Assembly (NCBI GenBank): GCA_009914755.4
Contig: CP086569.2
Coordinates: forward strand, 17,696,001 to 17,760,000
DNA: 64,000 nucleotides
DNA from: the human T2T-CHM13v2.0 reference genome, Homo sapiens
Direction of reading: 5' to 3'
A program made the translations under genes and the position numbers. Positions 25,957 to 37,610 of the stretch are shown one piece after another (the stretch's first letter is position 1; the number at the start of each line of letters is the position of its first letter). Under the pieces are notes generated by a model that was not told where the DNA came from, searched no databases, and saw only the letters and a program-made list of their open reading frames with translations.

Positions 25957-26262
25957 AGGCTAGACACAATGCCTGTAATCTCAGCACTTTGGGAGACAAA
26001 GGCAGGCGGATCACATGAGGCCAGGAGTTCCATATCAGCCTGGCCACCATAGCAAAACCCTGTCTCTACTAAAAATGCAAAAAATTATCCAGGTGTGGTG
26101 GCAAGTGCCTGTAATCCCAGCTATTCAGGAGGCCGAGGCAGGAGAATTGCTTGAACCCACAAGGCCAAGGGTGTAGTGAGCAAAGATCATGTCACTGCAC
26201 TCCAACCTGGGCGACCGAGCAAGACTCTGTCTCAAAACTAAAATAAAATAAAATAAAATTCC
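25957..26262 (+). mobile_element. Alu, sense, tail converted to (AAAAT)n
   Basis: ggctagacacaatgcctgtaatctcagcactttgggagacaaaggcaggcggatcacatgaggccaggagttc...gcactccaacctgggcgaccgagcaagactctgtctcaaaactaaaataaaataaaataaaat. Confidence 0.85.
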
Positions 26263-26623
26263 AATAGTTTAGGTGTTTGAATTACATATTTGTCAATCCC
26301 ATTGGATAAAGCAAGTTTATGGCTACACTAACATAAGTGCAGAGAAGAAGTTAGTATCTGCTACATAACATTTCTAAACTCTAATAATTCGTAGAACCCA
26401 ACAAAAGGGAAGTATAAAGACTTTTTTGATCTTTTATTCCTTGAGGAGGGTAGGATATGTGTACCATTATTAATCCTTTAAATCTGTTTTGATCCACTGC
26501 AGTCATTATTCTTCTTTCAAATTGTATTGCTCTTGGTCATCATCCCTAATGCTGAGAGTGGCCTTGAAACTTGTATTTCCAGTAGGATGTTAATGGACAT
26601 GATGACAATAATCTTGCTTGAAG

Positions 26624-26885
26624 GACAAAAAATCAAACACCGCATGTTCTCACTCACAGGTGGGAACTGAACAATGAGAACACATGCACACAGGAAGGGG
26701 AATATCACACATGGGGGCCTGTTTTGGGTGGGGGAAGGGGGAAGGATAACATTAGGAAATATACCTAATGTTAAATGACGAGTTAATGGGTGCAGCACAC
26801 CAACACAGCACATGTATACATACGTAACAAACCTGCACGTTGTGCACATGTACCCTAAAACTTAAAGTATAATAAAAAAAAAGAA
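26624..26885 (+). mobile_element. Short 5'-truncated L1 insertion (last ~250 bp plus A-tail) flanked by a 17-bp TSD
   Basis: aaaaaatcaaacaccgcatgttctcactcacaggtgggaactgaacaatgagaacacatgcacacaggaaggggaatatcacacatgggggcctgttttgggtggggg...aaacctgcacgttgtgcacatgtaccctaaaacttaaagtataataaaaaaaaag. The direct repeat AATAATCTTGCTTGAAG sits at 26607-26623 and 26886-26902. Confidence 0.9.
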
Positions 26886-27082
26886 AATAATCTTGCTTGA
26901 AGTATGGGCTCCTTCCTGTTGTCTAAGAAGTCCTTTACACAGACCCCAGTCATGTTTAAGAGCTTTGTTTCTTTTTGCTGTGATCCAGTGTACAGGTTCT
27001 TCCTGCAGGTTTCTACATGCTATAACAATGGTCCACTGGAGTTTCTGCTTTCCTCAGCCAAGAAGAAAAAGAAAAAGCAGTA

Positions 27083-27207
27083 GGCTGGGCACAGTGGCTC
27101 ACACCTGTAATCCCAGAACTTTGGGAGACCGAGGCGGGCGGATCACTAGGTCAGGAGATCGAGATCATTCTGGCTAACAGGGTGAAACCTCGCCTGTGCT
27201 AAAAATA

Positions 27208-27239
<32 letters not shown>

Positions 27240-27420
27240 CCAGGCATGGTGGCAGGCGGCTGTAGTCGCAGCTACTCGGGAGACTGAGGCAGGAGAATGA
27301 TGTGAACCCGGGAGGTGGGGCTTGCAGTGAGCAGTGGGCCGAGATCGCGCCATGGCCCTCCAGCCTGGGTGACACAGCGAGACTCTGTCTCAGAAAAAAA
27401 AAGAAAAAGAAAAAGAAAAA
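27083..27420 (+). mobile_element. Alu, sense, with expanded internal A-run (27206-27238) and (GAAAAA)n tail
   Basis: ggctgggcacagtggctcacacctgtaatcccagaactttgggagaccgaggcgggcggatcactaggtcaggagatcgagatcattctggctaacagggtgaaacctcgcctgtgctaaaaatacaaaaaaaa...gccaggcatggtggcaggcggctgtagtcgcagctactcgggagactgaggcaggagaatgatgtgaacccgggaggtggggcttgcagtgagc. Confidence 0.9.
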
Positions 27421-27423
27421 GTA

Positions 27424-27680
27424 ATGGGCACAGGCAGGAAGATCACCTGAGGTTAGGAGTTTGAGACCGGCCTAGCCAAAATGGCAAAACCCATCTCTAA
27501 CAAAATAAAAATAAAAATTTAGCTGGGCATGATGGCACACATGTACCCGTAATCACAACTACTTGGGGGACTGAGACGGGAAAATTGTTTGATTCCAGTA
27601 GGCAGAGTTTACATTGAGCTGAGATTCTGTTACTGCACTCCAGCCTGGGCAACAGAACAAGACTCCATCTCAAAGAAATG
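27424..27680 (+). mobile_element. Alu, sense (5'-truncated), immediately downstream of the previous Alu
   Basis: gggcacaggcaggaagatcacctgaggttaggagtttgagaccggcctagccaaaatggcaaaacccatctctaacaaaataaaaataaaaatttagctgggcatgatggcacacatgtacccgtaatcacaactacttggggg...ctgcactccagcctgggcaacagaacaagactccatctcaaag. Confidence 0.8.
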
Positions 27681-28089
27681 AATAGATACATACATACATA
27701 CATAAAAATTTAAAAAATTAAAAAGGAGAATAAGATAAGAAAATTAGAATAACACAGTAGGATTATAGAAGACTATGGTGAAATCATGGCATTTTGGGGG
27801 ACTTTCTGTGTGTTTTGTGTTTGTTTTAAAAACTAGCTCTACTTGCAATTCTAGAGGAAACAACCCCTGCAAAAAAATTAAATAACAACCACCAAATATT
27901 TTCAAGTGCCTTGAGTATGAATCCCCTTAGCAAATAATGCTTAAAAAGGAATTTAACAATTTCAGCAAAAAGAAAACTGACTTAAACAATAAATGTAGTA
28001 GATTCATTTTAATATGGTCATACATTGTTTTGCTTAAAAAATGCTTGCTTCAAAAAATAGAAAAGATTCCTAGCATTTGTATTACTTTC

Positions 28090-29278
28090 TGCTGTAGTTT
28101 GGATGTGTTAATCTCTGCCATCATCATATTAAAATTTGATTGCAATGTTGAAAGTGGAGCACAATGGGAGGTATTTGGGTCATGGGGGTGTGTCCCTCAT
28201 GAACAGATTAATGTCTTTCCTGGATGGGAGAGGAGTGAGTTCTTCTCTATTCATTGCCACTAAAGTTGGTTGTTATAAAGAGCCTGACATTTTCCCCTCT
28301 TTCACTCATTTCTTCTCTTCCTGTGATCACATGCCAGCTCCCATTCCCTTTCCACCATGAGTGGAAGCTACCTAAGGCATCCTCAAAGCAGATGCTGATG
28401 AAATGGCAAAAGTTCCATTATTCCCCTAACAGGGCATCTGATGAGGGTGTGGCTAGGTTCTTTGGTGCCCTGCAGCTCAAACCCCATAGAGGCAGCATGC
28501 AGACAGGCAGGTTGTGGGGAGTCTGGGATCTAATCCCATGGCAGCATGTAGGGTTGAGAGTTTACAGCTCCTGAAGCCCCAGTGAGCACATGTTACAGTG
28601 TGCTCTTTCAGCTTTGCCATATGCAGGCAGTTTACGTAAATCAGCCCAATTAGACCCTCTGCATTATCATAAGGATAGAGGGCTTTCTGTATCCTGGGAT
28701 TCTTACCCTAGTGTACTGGAAAAAATCAGATTACACATGGGCTTGGAGAATAAGTGCAAGGTTTTATTGAGTGGTGGAAGTAGCTCTCAGCAGATGTATG
28801 GGGACTTAGAAGGCGGATGGAATGGGAAGGTGGTCTTTCCCTGGAGTTGGGCTGTTCAGGAGCCAGCCTCTCCTCCAACCACCCTTGGCCAAATTTCCCT
28901 CACTGTCTGTTGTTCCACCGTCAATGGTCTGCCAGCATCTGTTGATGTGTTCTTCTGCAGGTGTGTTCCTCTCAATGTCCAGCCACTTGTGTCTGTGCCC
29001 ACTAGGGTTTCAGGGTTTTCATAGGCACAGGACTGGAGACATGGTGGGCCAGAGTGGTCTTGGGAAATGCAACATTTGGGCATAAAAACAGGAGTGCCTG
29101 TCCTTACCTAGGTCTGTGGGCACAGGCCAGAGGGTGAAGCCCTCTCCAGGGACCCTGCCTCTTCTCTGTCCAACACTTCCCTGCTCCCCCTACTTGTATC
29201 ATTGGCACCATGCTTCTTGTGCAGCCTGCACAATCATAATCCAAGTAAGTCTCTTTTCTTTATAAGTTACCCAGCTTC
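28090..29278 (+). mobile_element. Probable MaLR-type (ERVL-MaLR) LTR, 3' end interrupted by the Alu at 29279
   Basis: The start ...ggtatttgggtcatgggggtgtgtccctcatgaacagattaatgtctttcctgggatgggagaggagtgagttc and end ...ccaagtaagtctcttttctttataagttacccagc resemble the MaLR LTR termini (..aattgaatcatggggg.. / ..cctctttcctttataaattacccagtctc). The ORFs 28136-29085 overlap each other and show no protein-like composition. Confidence 0.4.
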
Positions 29279-29570
29279 TGGCTGGGTGCAGTACCTTACA
29301 CCTATAATCCCAGCACTTTGGGAGGCCAAGATTGAAGGATCACATGAGGCCAAGGGGTCAAGAGCAGCCTGGCCAGCATGGTGACACTGCACCTCTACTA
29401 AAAATACAAAAATTATTACAGTTGGTGCACACCTGTAATCCCAGCTATGCAAGAGGTTGAGGCAGAAGAATCACTTGAACTCAGTAGGCAAGGAGGAGCT
29501 TGTAGTGAGCTGCAATTGTGCCACTGCACTCCAGCCTAACTCTAAAAAATTAAATAAAAATGAACATTTT
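29279..29570 (+). mobile_element. Alu, sense
   Basis: ggctgggtgcagtaccttacacctataatcccagcactttgggaggccaagattgaaggatcacatgaggccaaggggtcaagagcagcctggccagcatggtgacactgcacctctactaaaaatacaaaaattattacagttggtgcacacctgtaatcccagctatgcaagaggttgaggcagaagaatcacttgaactcagtaggcaaggaggagcttgtagtgagctgcaattgtgccactgcactccagcctaactc. Confidence 0.85.
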
Positions 29571-30195
29571 CCTCAAGTTTTCCTTCATAGCAATGAAAAA
29601 TGCACGAAGACATCCTCTTATGAGACAGGAGTGGGAAATGATTAAAAGCTTTAACTTCAGATTCTCACTAAAAGGCTTCAAAGAAGAACACACAAGACTA
29701 TATATCCCCAGGCACTGGAAACTGGAAAGTGGAGTTAGTTGCCTATTTTACAAAAATTATACTAGGTACAGAAAAAAAAAAGTTTAAATATGAGGAAAAC
29801 TAGGGCAATTCTCACAAAGTTTTTTTTTTTTCAAAAACAAGAAAAAAAAGGACAAAAAAGCAGATAAAAGTAATCTTGGGTTCCTCTTATTCCTAAGGTG
29901 CTAAAAAGCAAAAAGATGGGTAGGTCACTGTGTCAGAAAAAGATATTCCTGATGATATTAACACTGTTACACCTACGTAGACCAAGATATTTATTTTCTC
30001 TATTGACATTGGCCTCCAACTTCAGGTGATGGAGAAAAACTTACAAAATAGAATAAGTCTCCATTGCATGCTTGACTTAAAAGACAAGTATCAAAGCTCT
30101 CTTGCAGTCTACACTGACTGGTGGTACAGTGCCTTGTGAACTATAGAAACAAAGCTCTGATGTGGAAAGTATACAAGTAGCTACATCCACTGAAC

Positions 30196-31552
30196 TCATC
30201 CTTTTTTATGGCTTCATAGTATTTTGTGCTGTATATTTACCCCATTTTCTTTATCCAGTCTGTCATTGATGGCCATTTGGGTTGGTTACAAGTCTTTGCT
30301 ATTGTTAACAGTGCCACAATAAACATATGTGTGTATGTGTCTTTATAGAAGAATGATTTATGCTACTTTTGATATACACCCAGTAATGGGATTGCTGGGT
30401 CAAATGGTATTTCTGGTTCTAGATCCCTGAGGAATCACCACACTGTCTTCCACAATGGTTGAACTAATTTACACTCCCACCAACTGTGTAAAAGTGTTAC
30501 TATTTCTCGACATCTTCTCCAGCATGTGTTATTTCCTGACTTTTTAATGATCTCCATTATACCTGGCATGAGATGGTATCTCATTGTGGTTATGATTTGC
30601 ATTTCTCTAATGACCAGTGATGATGAGCTTTTTTTCACATGTTTGTTGGCTGAATAAATGTCTTCTTTTGAGAAGTGTCTGTTCATATCCTTCACCCACT
30701 TTTTGATGTTTTTTTTCTTGTAAATTTGTTTAAGTACGTTGTAGATTCTGGATATTAGCCCTTTATCAGATGGATAGATTGCAAAAATTTTATCCCATCA
30801 TGTAGGTTGCCTGTTCACTCTCATAACAGTTTCTATTGATGTGCAGAAGTTCTTTAGTTTAATTAAATCCCATTTGTCAATGGTGGATTTTGTTGCCATT
30901 GCTTTTGGTGTTTTAGACATGAAGTCTTTGCCCATGCCTATGTCCTGAATGATGTCTCCTAGGTTTTCTTCTAGGATTTTTATGGTTCTAGCTCTTACCT
31001 TTAAGTCTTTAATCCGTCTTGAGTTAATTTTTATATAAGGTTTAAGGAAGGTGTCCACTTTTAGTTTTCTGCCTAAGGCTAGACAGTTTTCCCAACACCA
31101 TTTATTAAATAGGAAATCCCTTCCCCATTGCTTGTTTTTGTCAGGTTTGTCAAAGATCAGATGGTTGTATATGTGTGGTGTTATTTCTGAGGTCCCTGTT
31201 CTGTTCCATTGGTCTATATATCTGTTTTGGTACCAGTACCATGCTGTTTTGTTTACTGTAGCTTTGTAGTATAGTTCGAAGTCAGGTAGCATGATGCCTC
31301 TACCTTTGTTCTTTTAGCTTAGGTCTTTGCTATGCAGGCTCTTTTTTGGTTCCATATGAAATTTAAAGTCATTTTTTCTACTTCTGTGAAGAAAGTCAAT
31401 GGTAACTTGATGGGGATAGTATTAAATCTATAAATTAATTTGGGCAGCATGGCCATATTCATGATATTGATTCTTCCTATCCATGAGCATGGAATATTTT
31501 TCCATTTGCTTGTGCCCTCTCTTATTTCCTTGAGCAGTGGTTTGTAGGCACT
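30196..31552 (-). mobile_element. L1 ORF2 3' portion plus part of the 3'UTR, antisense (the inverted segment of a twin-priming-type insertion)
   Basis: Antisense L1: ...ttatggcttcatagtattttgtgctgtatatttaccccattttctttatccagtctgtcattgatggccatttgggttggttacaagtctttgctattgttaacagtgccacaataaacatatgtgtg...ggtatctcattgtggttatgatttgcatttctctaatgaccagtgatgatgagc...cttgagcagtggtttgtag. The minus-strand ORF 30798-31292 (164 aa) matches the L1 ORF2p C-terminal region. Confidence 0.9.
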
Positions 31553-31600
31553 TAAAGTATAATAAAAACAAAAATTAAAAAAAAAAATAAGGTACTAGAA
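31553..31600 (+). mobile_element. Sense-orientation L1 extreme 3' terminus (about 20 nt) plus poly(A), joined directly to the inverted L1 segment
   Basis: gcacttaaagtataataaaaacaaaaattaaaaaaaaaaat. Compare the L1 3' end ...ccctaaaacttaaagtataataaaaaaa seen at 26860-26880 in this window. Confidence 0.55.
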
Positions 31601-31799
31601 CTTTGAAAGTCTGAGGAGTTGACTTGGAAAAATACAAAACTCTGCAATAAGAGGTAGAGGTCTGAACATATAAATGCATAATTAAGAAATTATGTACATA
31701 ATCCTGATTAAAATTCAGGAAAAATATAACTACATTAAAAGCAATATCTAATAGTATTTTGACTAGAAATATCAAAAGTTATATTATTTAGTTTGAAGA

Positions 31800-33200
31800 A
31801 AATAGGATTTAAGGATTCCCATCAAAATTGTGAAAAATGTCATGCATGTATTTAAAAAATATATATATAAAAAAAGAGAAGCAGAGTTAAAGTGCAACAA
31901 AGAGAAAAGTTTGAATAAAGTACAAACAAACAAATATACCCTACCATGTACTTTGCAGAAACAAGAAAAGTATCTAAAATTTAAGGATATAAAAGGTTTA
32001 TATAAAACAGATAGGTGAGCAATAAGTAACCAAATAAAAAGTAATATAACTACATTAATATGAGATGAATAACTTTTGGAGAAAAAGCTTCCTGTGTAAT
32101 GATATAAAATGGTGTTGTTTGTGGGATCCCAAATTTACATGCAATTTTAATTTATTCTTAACCTAAGCCTTCAATTGAAACCTAGACATCTCCCTGTCTC
32201 CAATTTACATGCATATAGCTGTAAAATACAGAGACAAAATGAAAATTATTATGGTGTCTCATTTATGGAAAGAAAAATTTGAAAATACTTTTTAAAGTGA
32301 ACAGCAAAATTAACAAGCTTGATCTAATTGATAAAGGTAAAACTACCATCAGAATCCTTTACAAGCAGAGAGACAGAATTTTTAAAATTCAAGTAAATTA
32401 GGACACAAATCAAATCTCAACAAACACCTGGATACAGGTATATTACAGATTATATTCTGAAACATAAAATGTCATTGCATTAGATATAAATATAAATTTT
32501 AATGAATGAAAGATAATAACTAAATAAATATCTGTCTGGAATTTTAAACTATATGTTCAAAATAAAATGGGTTGCATAAGAAATAAAAATGAAAGTTTAA
32601 CAATTAAAACTTGTTTCATGTACCTGGAGAAAATAAGTATTGTACTTATAAAACAGGCAATAAGTTCTAAAAAATAAATTATGCAAACATACAACTTAAG
32701 AAGTGTATCTCTTAAAAAAAAAGAAGTTAAGGAAAGTTAAAGAGAAGAAACAAAAGAAAGAAAAATTAGTAACAAACCTAAGAGCTTGATTTAATTAAAG
32801 TGAAATAGAAATACATGGAAAATGTCAGCCATACCACACATTGATTCTGTGGTAAGAGGTATGCATCAAAAATGCCGTTTGTTCAGAAGAATTAGATATA
32901 AAGGAAGAAAAATGGACTGATGAAGCAAAAATGTACACACCAGAGGAGAAAAACAAGACATACTGTGAACTTTTAAAAAATTATATTGTAATAACTGATT
33001 TTATACTGATAAATATAAAAATAGATGAAATGGATACTCGGAGAGTACTGAAATTACTCAAGAAGAAATAGAAATCTTCAATAGACCTACAATCAGAAGA
33101 GAAATAAAATCAGTGACTAAATGTTATTTACACCTATTGCTGAAAGAAATTTTAAAAGATGGATGTGCCTAGAGAGATAAGGTCACAATCTAACTCTCAA
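31800..33200 (+). mobile_element. Ancient, highly diverged LINE-1 (L1M/L1P-type) ORF2-like region
   Basis: A-rich coding-like remnant. At 33050-33120 gaaatagaaatcttcaatagacctacaatcagaagagaaataaaatcagtgactaaatg translates to EIEIFNRPTIRREIKSVTK, similar to the L1 ORF2p motif EIESLNRPITSSEIEAVIN. Weak. Confidence 0.35.
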
Positions 33201-34395
33201 ACCCTAAATGGCTTTCCTTCCTCAGAGTAGAAGTCAAGCACTTACCATCGCTAACACCCACGAGGTCTCACCCCTATTTTTTTCTCCAGCACCTTATATC
33301 AAAATTACTCCTGCCTACTCCCCTCAAGTCACATTGAACTTCTATATAATCCTGCCTCCAAACTTTATTCTTGTTGTCCTTAGTCTATGATGTACTTTTA
33401 AAATACTTGTTTTTTTTTTACTGACACAGAATGTGGTATATGTTTCCAGTGTGCACTGAGATGTTTTGATATAGGATTCATTTTCCAATGATTAAATCAA
33501 GCTGATTAATGTATACATCACTTCATATACTTGTTTTTTTGTGGTTAGGATTTTGGAACTTGATGTTTTCTCTGCTTTGACCATGCCCTCCAGAGATGTA
33601 TTTGTCTTCTTTCATCACTTTCCGTGCTCAAATATCCCTTCAATTACCCATTTCCTTATATTCCAACACAATAATTCATCTCTGGCATGCAAAGTACTCT
33701 TCATCATGCTTTTTTTCTAAAGTAAAATTGTCAAGTTTGTAAGACAACATCCAGTACAAGCTATGTATGTTTTTAGGTTAGAAAGAGATGTATTAAATCA
33801 TTAAAAACATAATCCACAAAGGAGAATATACATCGATTTCAAAACATAAGGATTACAAAACTTTTTGCTCTAGAAGAATTCTTAAACAGAGAGAAGTTAA
33901 AAAAAACCTCTCATATTATATTGAATGCATACCAATAAATTATCCTATGTATCTAAATCCTAGGATGAAAAAAGTAAAAATCAATAAGAAAACTTAAGGG
34001 ATCCCAAAAATGCTTACATATTATTAACAAATACATTATAAAGACTCCATACCAGGGAGCTGAATGAAGAGTCTTTTACTTTAACAATATTTGACTAAAA
34101 TTGTCAATCAGTCAATGGACAAAATTTTCACTCTACAAGCTAACAGCTTATTAATATGTGAAAATATTTACCCATTTATGCTTGTGATTTATTATGCAAG
34201 ACAACTTCTTCATAGAAAAATCCAACTGTTATATTTTTCCAGCTTGTGTCCTACAATTAACTTTATATCTTTAATCCCTAAATAAAAGGATAAAACAGTC
34301 ATTCTTCACCGTTAATCACTTTGGTCTCATGTAAAGGGGAAACTTTCTGTGCACCTTAAATAATGAAGAGTTCTTTGAAGTTTATTTAATTTACT

Positions 34396-34673
34396 TTATT
34401 TTTTTGATAAGGAACCTTCCTCTGTCTCCCTGGCTGAAGTGCAATGGTGCAATCTCAGCTCACTGTAACGCCACCTCCAGGGTTCAAGTGCCATGCCTCA
34501 GCCTCCCAAGTAGCTGTGATTACAGGCATGCACAACCACACCTGGCCAATTTTTGTATTTTCAGTTGGGTTTCCCCATGTTGGCCAGGCTGGTCTCGAAC
34601 TCCTGATCTCAAGTAATCCACCATCTGGGCCTCCCAAAGTGCTGAGATTACAGAAGTGAGCCCCTTTGCCCAG
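34396..34673 (-). mobile_element. Alu (antisense)
   Basis: ggaaccttcctctgtctccctggctgaagtgcaatggtgcaatctcagctcactgtaacgccacctccagggttcaagtgccatgcctcagcctcccaagtagctgtgattacaggcatgcacaaccacacctggccaatttttgtattttcagttgggtttccccatgttggccaggctggtctcgaactcctgatctcaagtaatccaccatctgggcctcccaaagtgctgagattacagaagtgagcc. Confidence 0.9.
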
Positions 34674-35334
34674 CTAGTGAAGGGCTTTTTAAAGACATCT
34701 TTAAATATTTTAAGTAAGCATGTCTTGCCATTTTCTTCTTTAAATGAACAGAAATAGTCTGAATTTAGGCTTATGGGATCTATAGGAGGGATATCCTAGA
34801 AAATACCTGCTTAAGGAGGCTGTACACTGAATCCATGCTTTTCTATGCTTTTTTTTCCCTGTTGCTAGAGTGTTTGTTTAAAAGTTATTTTTTTAAATTC
34901 ATTGTAAAGGTTAGCCTCTCCAAAGTTTATTTCTCAGGTGATACAGAATTGGATTTTAAAATACAAGTTGTTTGTAATGACCATGCAAAGGATATGATCA
35001 GAATTTCATTAATAAACTATTTGGAGTAGCAGATAATTCTTGGTGTTGAAGGTATCACCATGTTCAATAGTTAATTATGGGAAATTACGTTTATTTACTG
35101 TAGTGGTTTCGAAGCTAAAAAACCTAAACAAATGTTGCCAGATTAAAATAGAAAATTAATAAATAGTGAAACATAAAGAGTGACTTTGTGCAGAGCTTCA
35201 ATCTTTGAGCATTTAAACATTTATTTGAGATTCAGTAGCTTACTATGGCAAAGAAAATCCTCAAATGTACTAATATGTGGAATAACAGATACTAAAAAAA
35301 CACCTATTTTACTTTCGCATAATCTTACTGAGAA

Positions 35335-35760
35335 ACTGTGATAGGCTTTGTATTTATGTATGAATATAACATTATTTTGATACAATATGTTAAGCATGTT
35401 AACATTTATATATAAACAATATATATATAGAATATATTATACCTTTTCATTATCTTATTAAATTCTCTATTATTGAATTGATTGCTAGTAAATTCCAGTC
35501 AATTTGGCAAGGAAAATATTCTATACATAGGTACAAAATATATATAGGTATTCTATACATAATATTCTGTATATAGATATACAATCTTCACAGATTTGGA
35601 AAAAGTTCAATAAATATTTGGAAAACTGTAGATTACAGATAAGCTTCTAGGATTAATAAAATACTGTATGGGCCGGACGCAGTTGCTCAAGCCCGTAATC
35701 CTAAGATTTTGGGAGGCAGAGGCATGTAGATTGTCAAGTCAGGAGCTCGAGAACAGTCTG
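35335..35760 (+). other. Copy A of a ~430 bp intra-window duplicated segment (partner at 51745-52190), about 90% identical, ending inside an Alu left arm
   Basis: gataggctttgtatttatgtatgaatataacattattttgatacaatatgttaagcatgttaacatttatatataaacaa...ccagtcaatttggcaaggaaaatattctatacataggtac...atcttcacagatttggaaaaagttcaataaatatttggaaaactgtag...ctaggattaataaaatactgtatgggccggacgcag is colinear with 51745-52190. Confidence 0.75.
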
Positions 35761-36262
35761 GCCAATATGGTGAAACCTTTTCTCTATTAAAAATACAAAA
35801 ATTAGGCTGGGTGCAGTGGCTCACGCCTGTAATCCCCGCACTTTGGGAACCAAGGCAGGAGGATCACGAAGTCAGGAGATCGAGACCATTCTGTCTAAAA
35901 CGGTGAAATCCGGTATCTACCAGAAAATACAAAAGAATTAGTCAGGCGTGGTGGCGAGCGCCTGTAGTCTCAGCTACTCAGGAGGCTGAGGCAGGAGAAT
36001 GACGCCAACCTGGGAGGCGGAGCTTGCAGTGGGCAGAGATTGTGCCACTGCCCTCCAGCCTGGGAGACAGAGCCAGACTCCGTCTCAAAAAAACAAAAAC
36101 AAACAAACAAACAAACAAACAAATTAGCCAGGTGTGATGGCGCATACCTGTAATCCCAGCCATTCAGGAGTCTGAGGCAGGAGAATTGCTTGAACCTGGG
36201 AGGCAGAGGGTGCAGTGAGCCAAGATCACACCAAGGTCCCCCAGCCTGGGTGACAGAGCAAG
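35672..36262 (+). mobile_element. Host Alu (sense) split in its middle A-rich region by another Alu
   Basis: The left arm 35672-35804 (ggccggacgcagttgctcaagcccgtaatcctaagattttgggaggcagaggcatgtagattgtcaagtcaggagctcgagaacagtctggccaatatggtgaaaccttttctctattaaaaatacaaaaattag) resumes at 36122-36262 (aaattagccaggtgtgatggcgcatacctgtaatcccagccattcaggagtctgaggcaggagaattgcttgaacctgggaggcagagggtgcagtgagccaagatcacacc...). Confidence 0.8.
35805..36121 (+). mobile_element. Inserted AluY-like element (sense) with (CAAA)n-modified tail, nested in the host Alu
   Basis: gctgggtgcagtggctcacgcctgtaatccccgcactttgggaaccaaggcaggaggatcacgaagtcaggagatcgagaccattctgtctaaaacggtgaaatccggtatctacc...gccactgccctccagcctgggagacagagccagactccgtctcaaaaaaacaaaaacaaacaaacaaacaaacaaac. 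The flanking aaattag repeats are consistent with a TSD. Confidence 0.85.
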
Positions 36263-36276
36263 TATCTGTCTAAAAT

Positions 36277-36338
36277 ACAATTCAATGCAATACAATACAA
36301 TACAATACAATACAATACAATACAATACAATACAATAC
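36277..36338. repeat. (CAATA)n pentanucleotide microsatellite, ~12 units
   Basis: caatgcaatacaatacaatacaatacaatacaatacaatacaatacaatacaatac. Confidence 0.95.
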
Positions 36339-37510
36339 TTTGGGTGATAAGTTCTGTTAGATCATATATTCCTCAATGGAAGGTTTTCAAATGAAGAGTC
36401 GATAATTTCCAATAGTTTTTAAGAGATATTTATTTGTATTTAAAAAAAATTTAAGACAGAGATATGTTATGTGATCCACACAAATGGAAATAAATTAGAA
36501 AATGATAAAGTCATTTAAACATAGTAGAAATCTATAGATTTCAAAGCAAGCGGAACACTTAGTTACAGCTGATGGTACCATATACCAGTAAATAAAGGGA
36601 GTACTTATAAATTGCACATTTTTAAAAAATTAAAGATGAAGGACCCAATTTTAGCATTTTATCAGATAGTTCTGTGAAAATTTCCCTTTTAGAACTTTAT
36701 GAACTAGAGCTTTAAGTCAGCTTGATAAATCTGTGTTTACTGGGTATGGATGTATTCAACTGTCGCTTTACTGGCATATTTTTTTTCCTCCTTTGATTCC
36801 ATACTTACCAAGTTATTGAGAGTCTAATACAGCAAGAGGAGATGGTATATATGTCACAACTTCCAGTAAATCTCTGACATTTTCATCTATATCTCTAAGT
36901 TTGTCCTCTGGTTGGAATTATTTCAGACATTTAAGAGAAGAGATTGGTTAGAGTTAGCATTTGGGAGTTTAGTCATGCCTGGATCACAACTGGATTAAGT
37001 TTTAAACCTTACAGCTCTGGGTAGTAAAATTCCTAAACTGATGACATTTTGTTGTTTTTTCGGGTGACCATGGATGGTAGCTATTTTAACACCCCCATGA
37101 TTTTAATCTTAGTGGCCATCACTAATTATATAAGTAAAAGCAGGAGTGTAAGTGTGAGTTGACAACCACAAAAATTAGGCATCTTCCACTCATAACTGTT
37201 AGAAATTACATGTTATATATTAGGTAAGAAATACTGTATAGCAGTTGACTAAATTGATGTTAGATAAAATGTGAGAGTGGAAAAAAATAGACGATTGCAT
37301 AATTTTGAAAGGTTTAGCTCAACATGTTGCTGCCATTTTAAACACAAATAATGACATTAAAGAAAGACACTAAGTAATTTTAATCAAATTATGTTAAAGT
37401 TCTTAAAACTGATGGAGCAACTACCTAAAAATAGGGGATTCTGTAATTACATATTTGTAATTACTGAATAACTTTCTTTGTCATTTTAGAACACATCGAG
37501 GTCTCTACTA

Positions 37511-37610
37511 CCTTTTTCTCTCTCTCTTCCTCTTTCTCCCCCTCTCTTCTGTCCATTTCCCCCTTCCTCTTCCTCCCATTTCTGCCATCTTCTCTCTCTC
37601 ACACACACAC
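37511..37610. repeat. CT-rich low-complexity tract ending in (CA)n
   Basis: cctttttctctctctcttcctctttctccccctctcttctgtccatttcccccttcctcttcctcccatttctgccatcttctctctctcacacacacac. Confidence 0.8.

Noticed and set aside
28136-29085. Cluster of overlapping + strand ORFs (74-144 aa) that might suggest an exon
   Set aside because: The ORFs overlap one another in different frames and have no protein-like composition. The segment has MaLR-LTR-like termini. There is no splice-site or codon-bias support.
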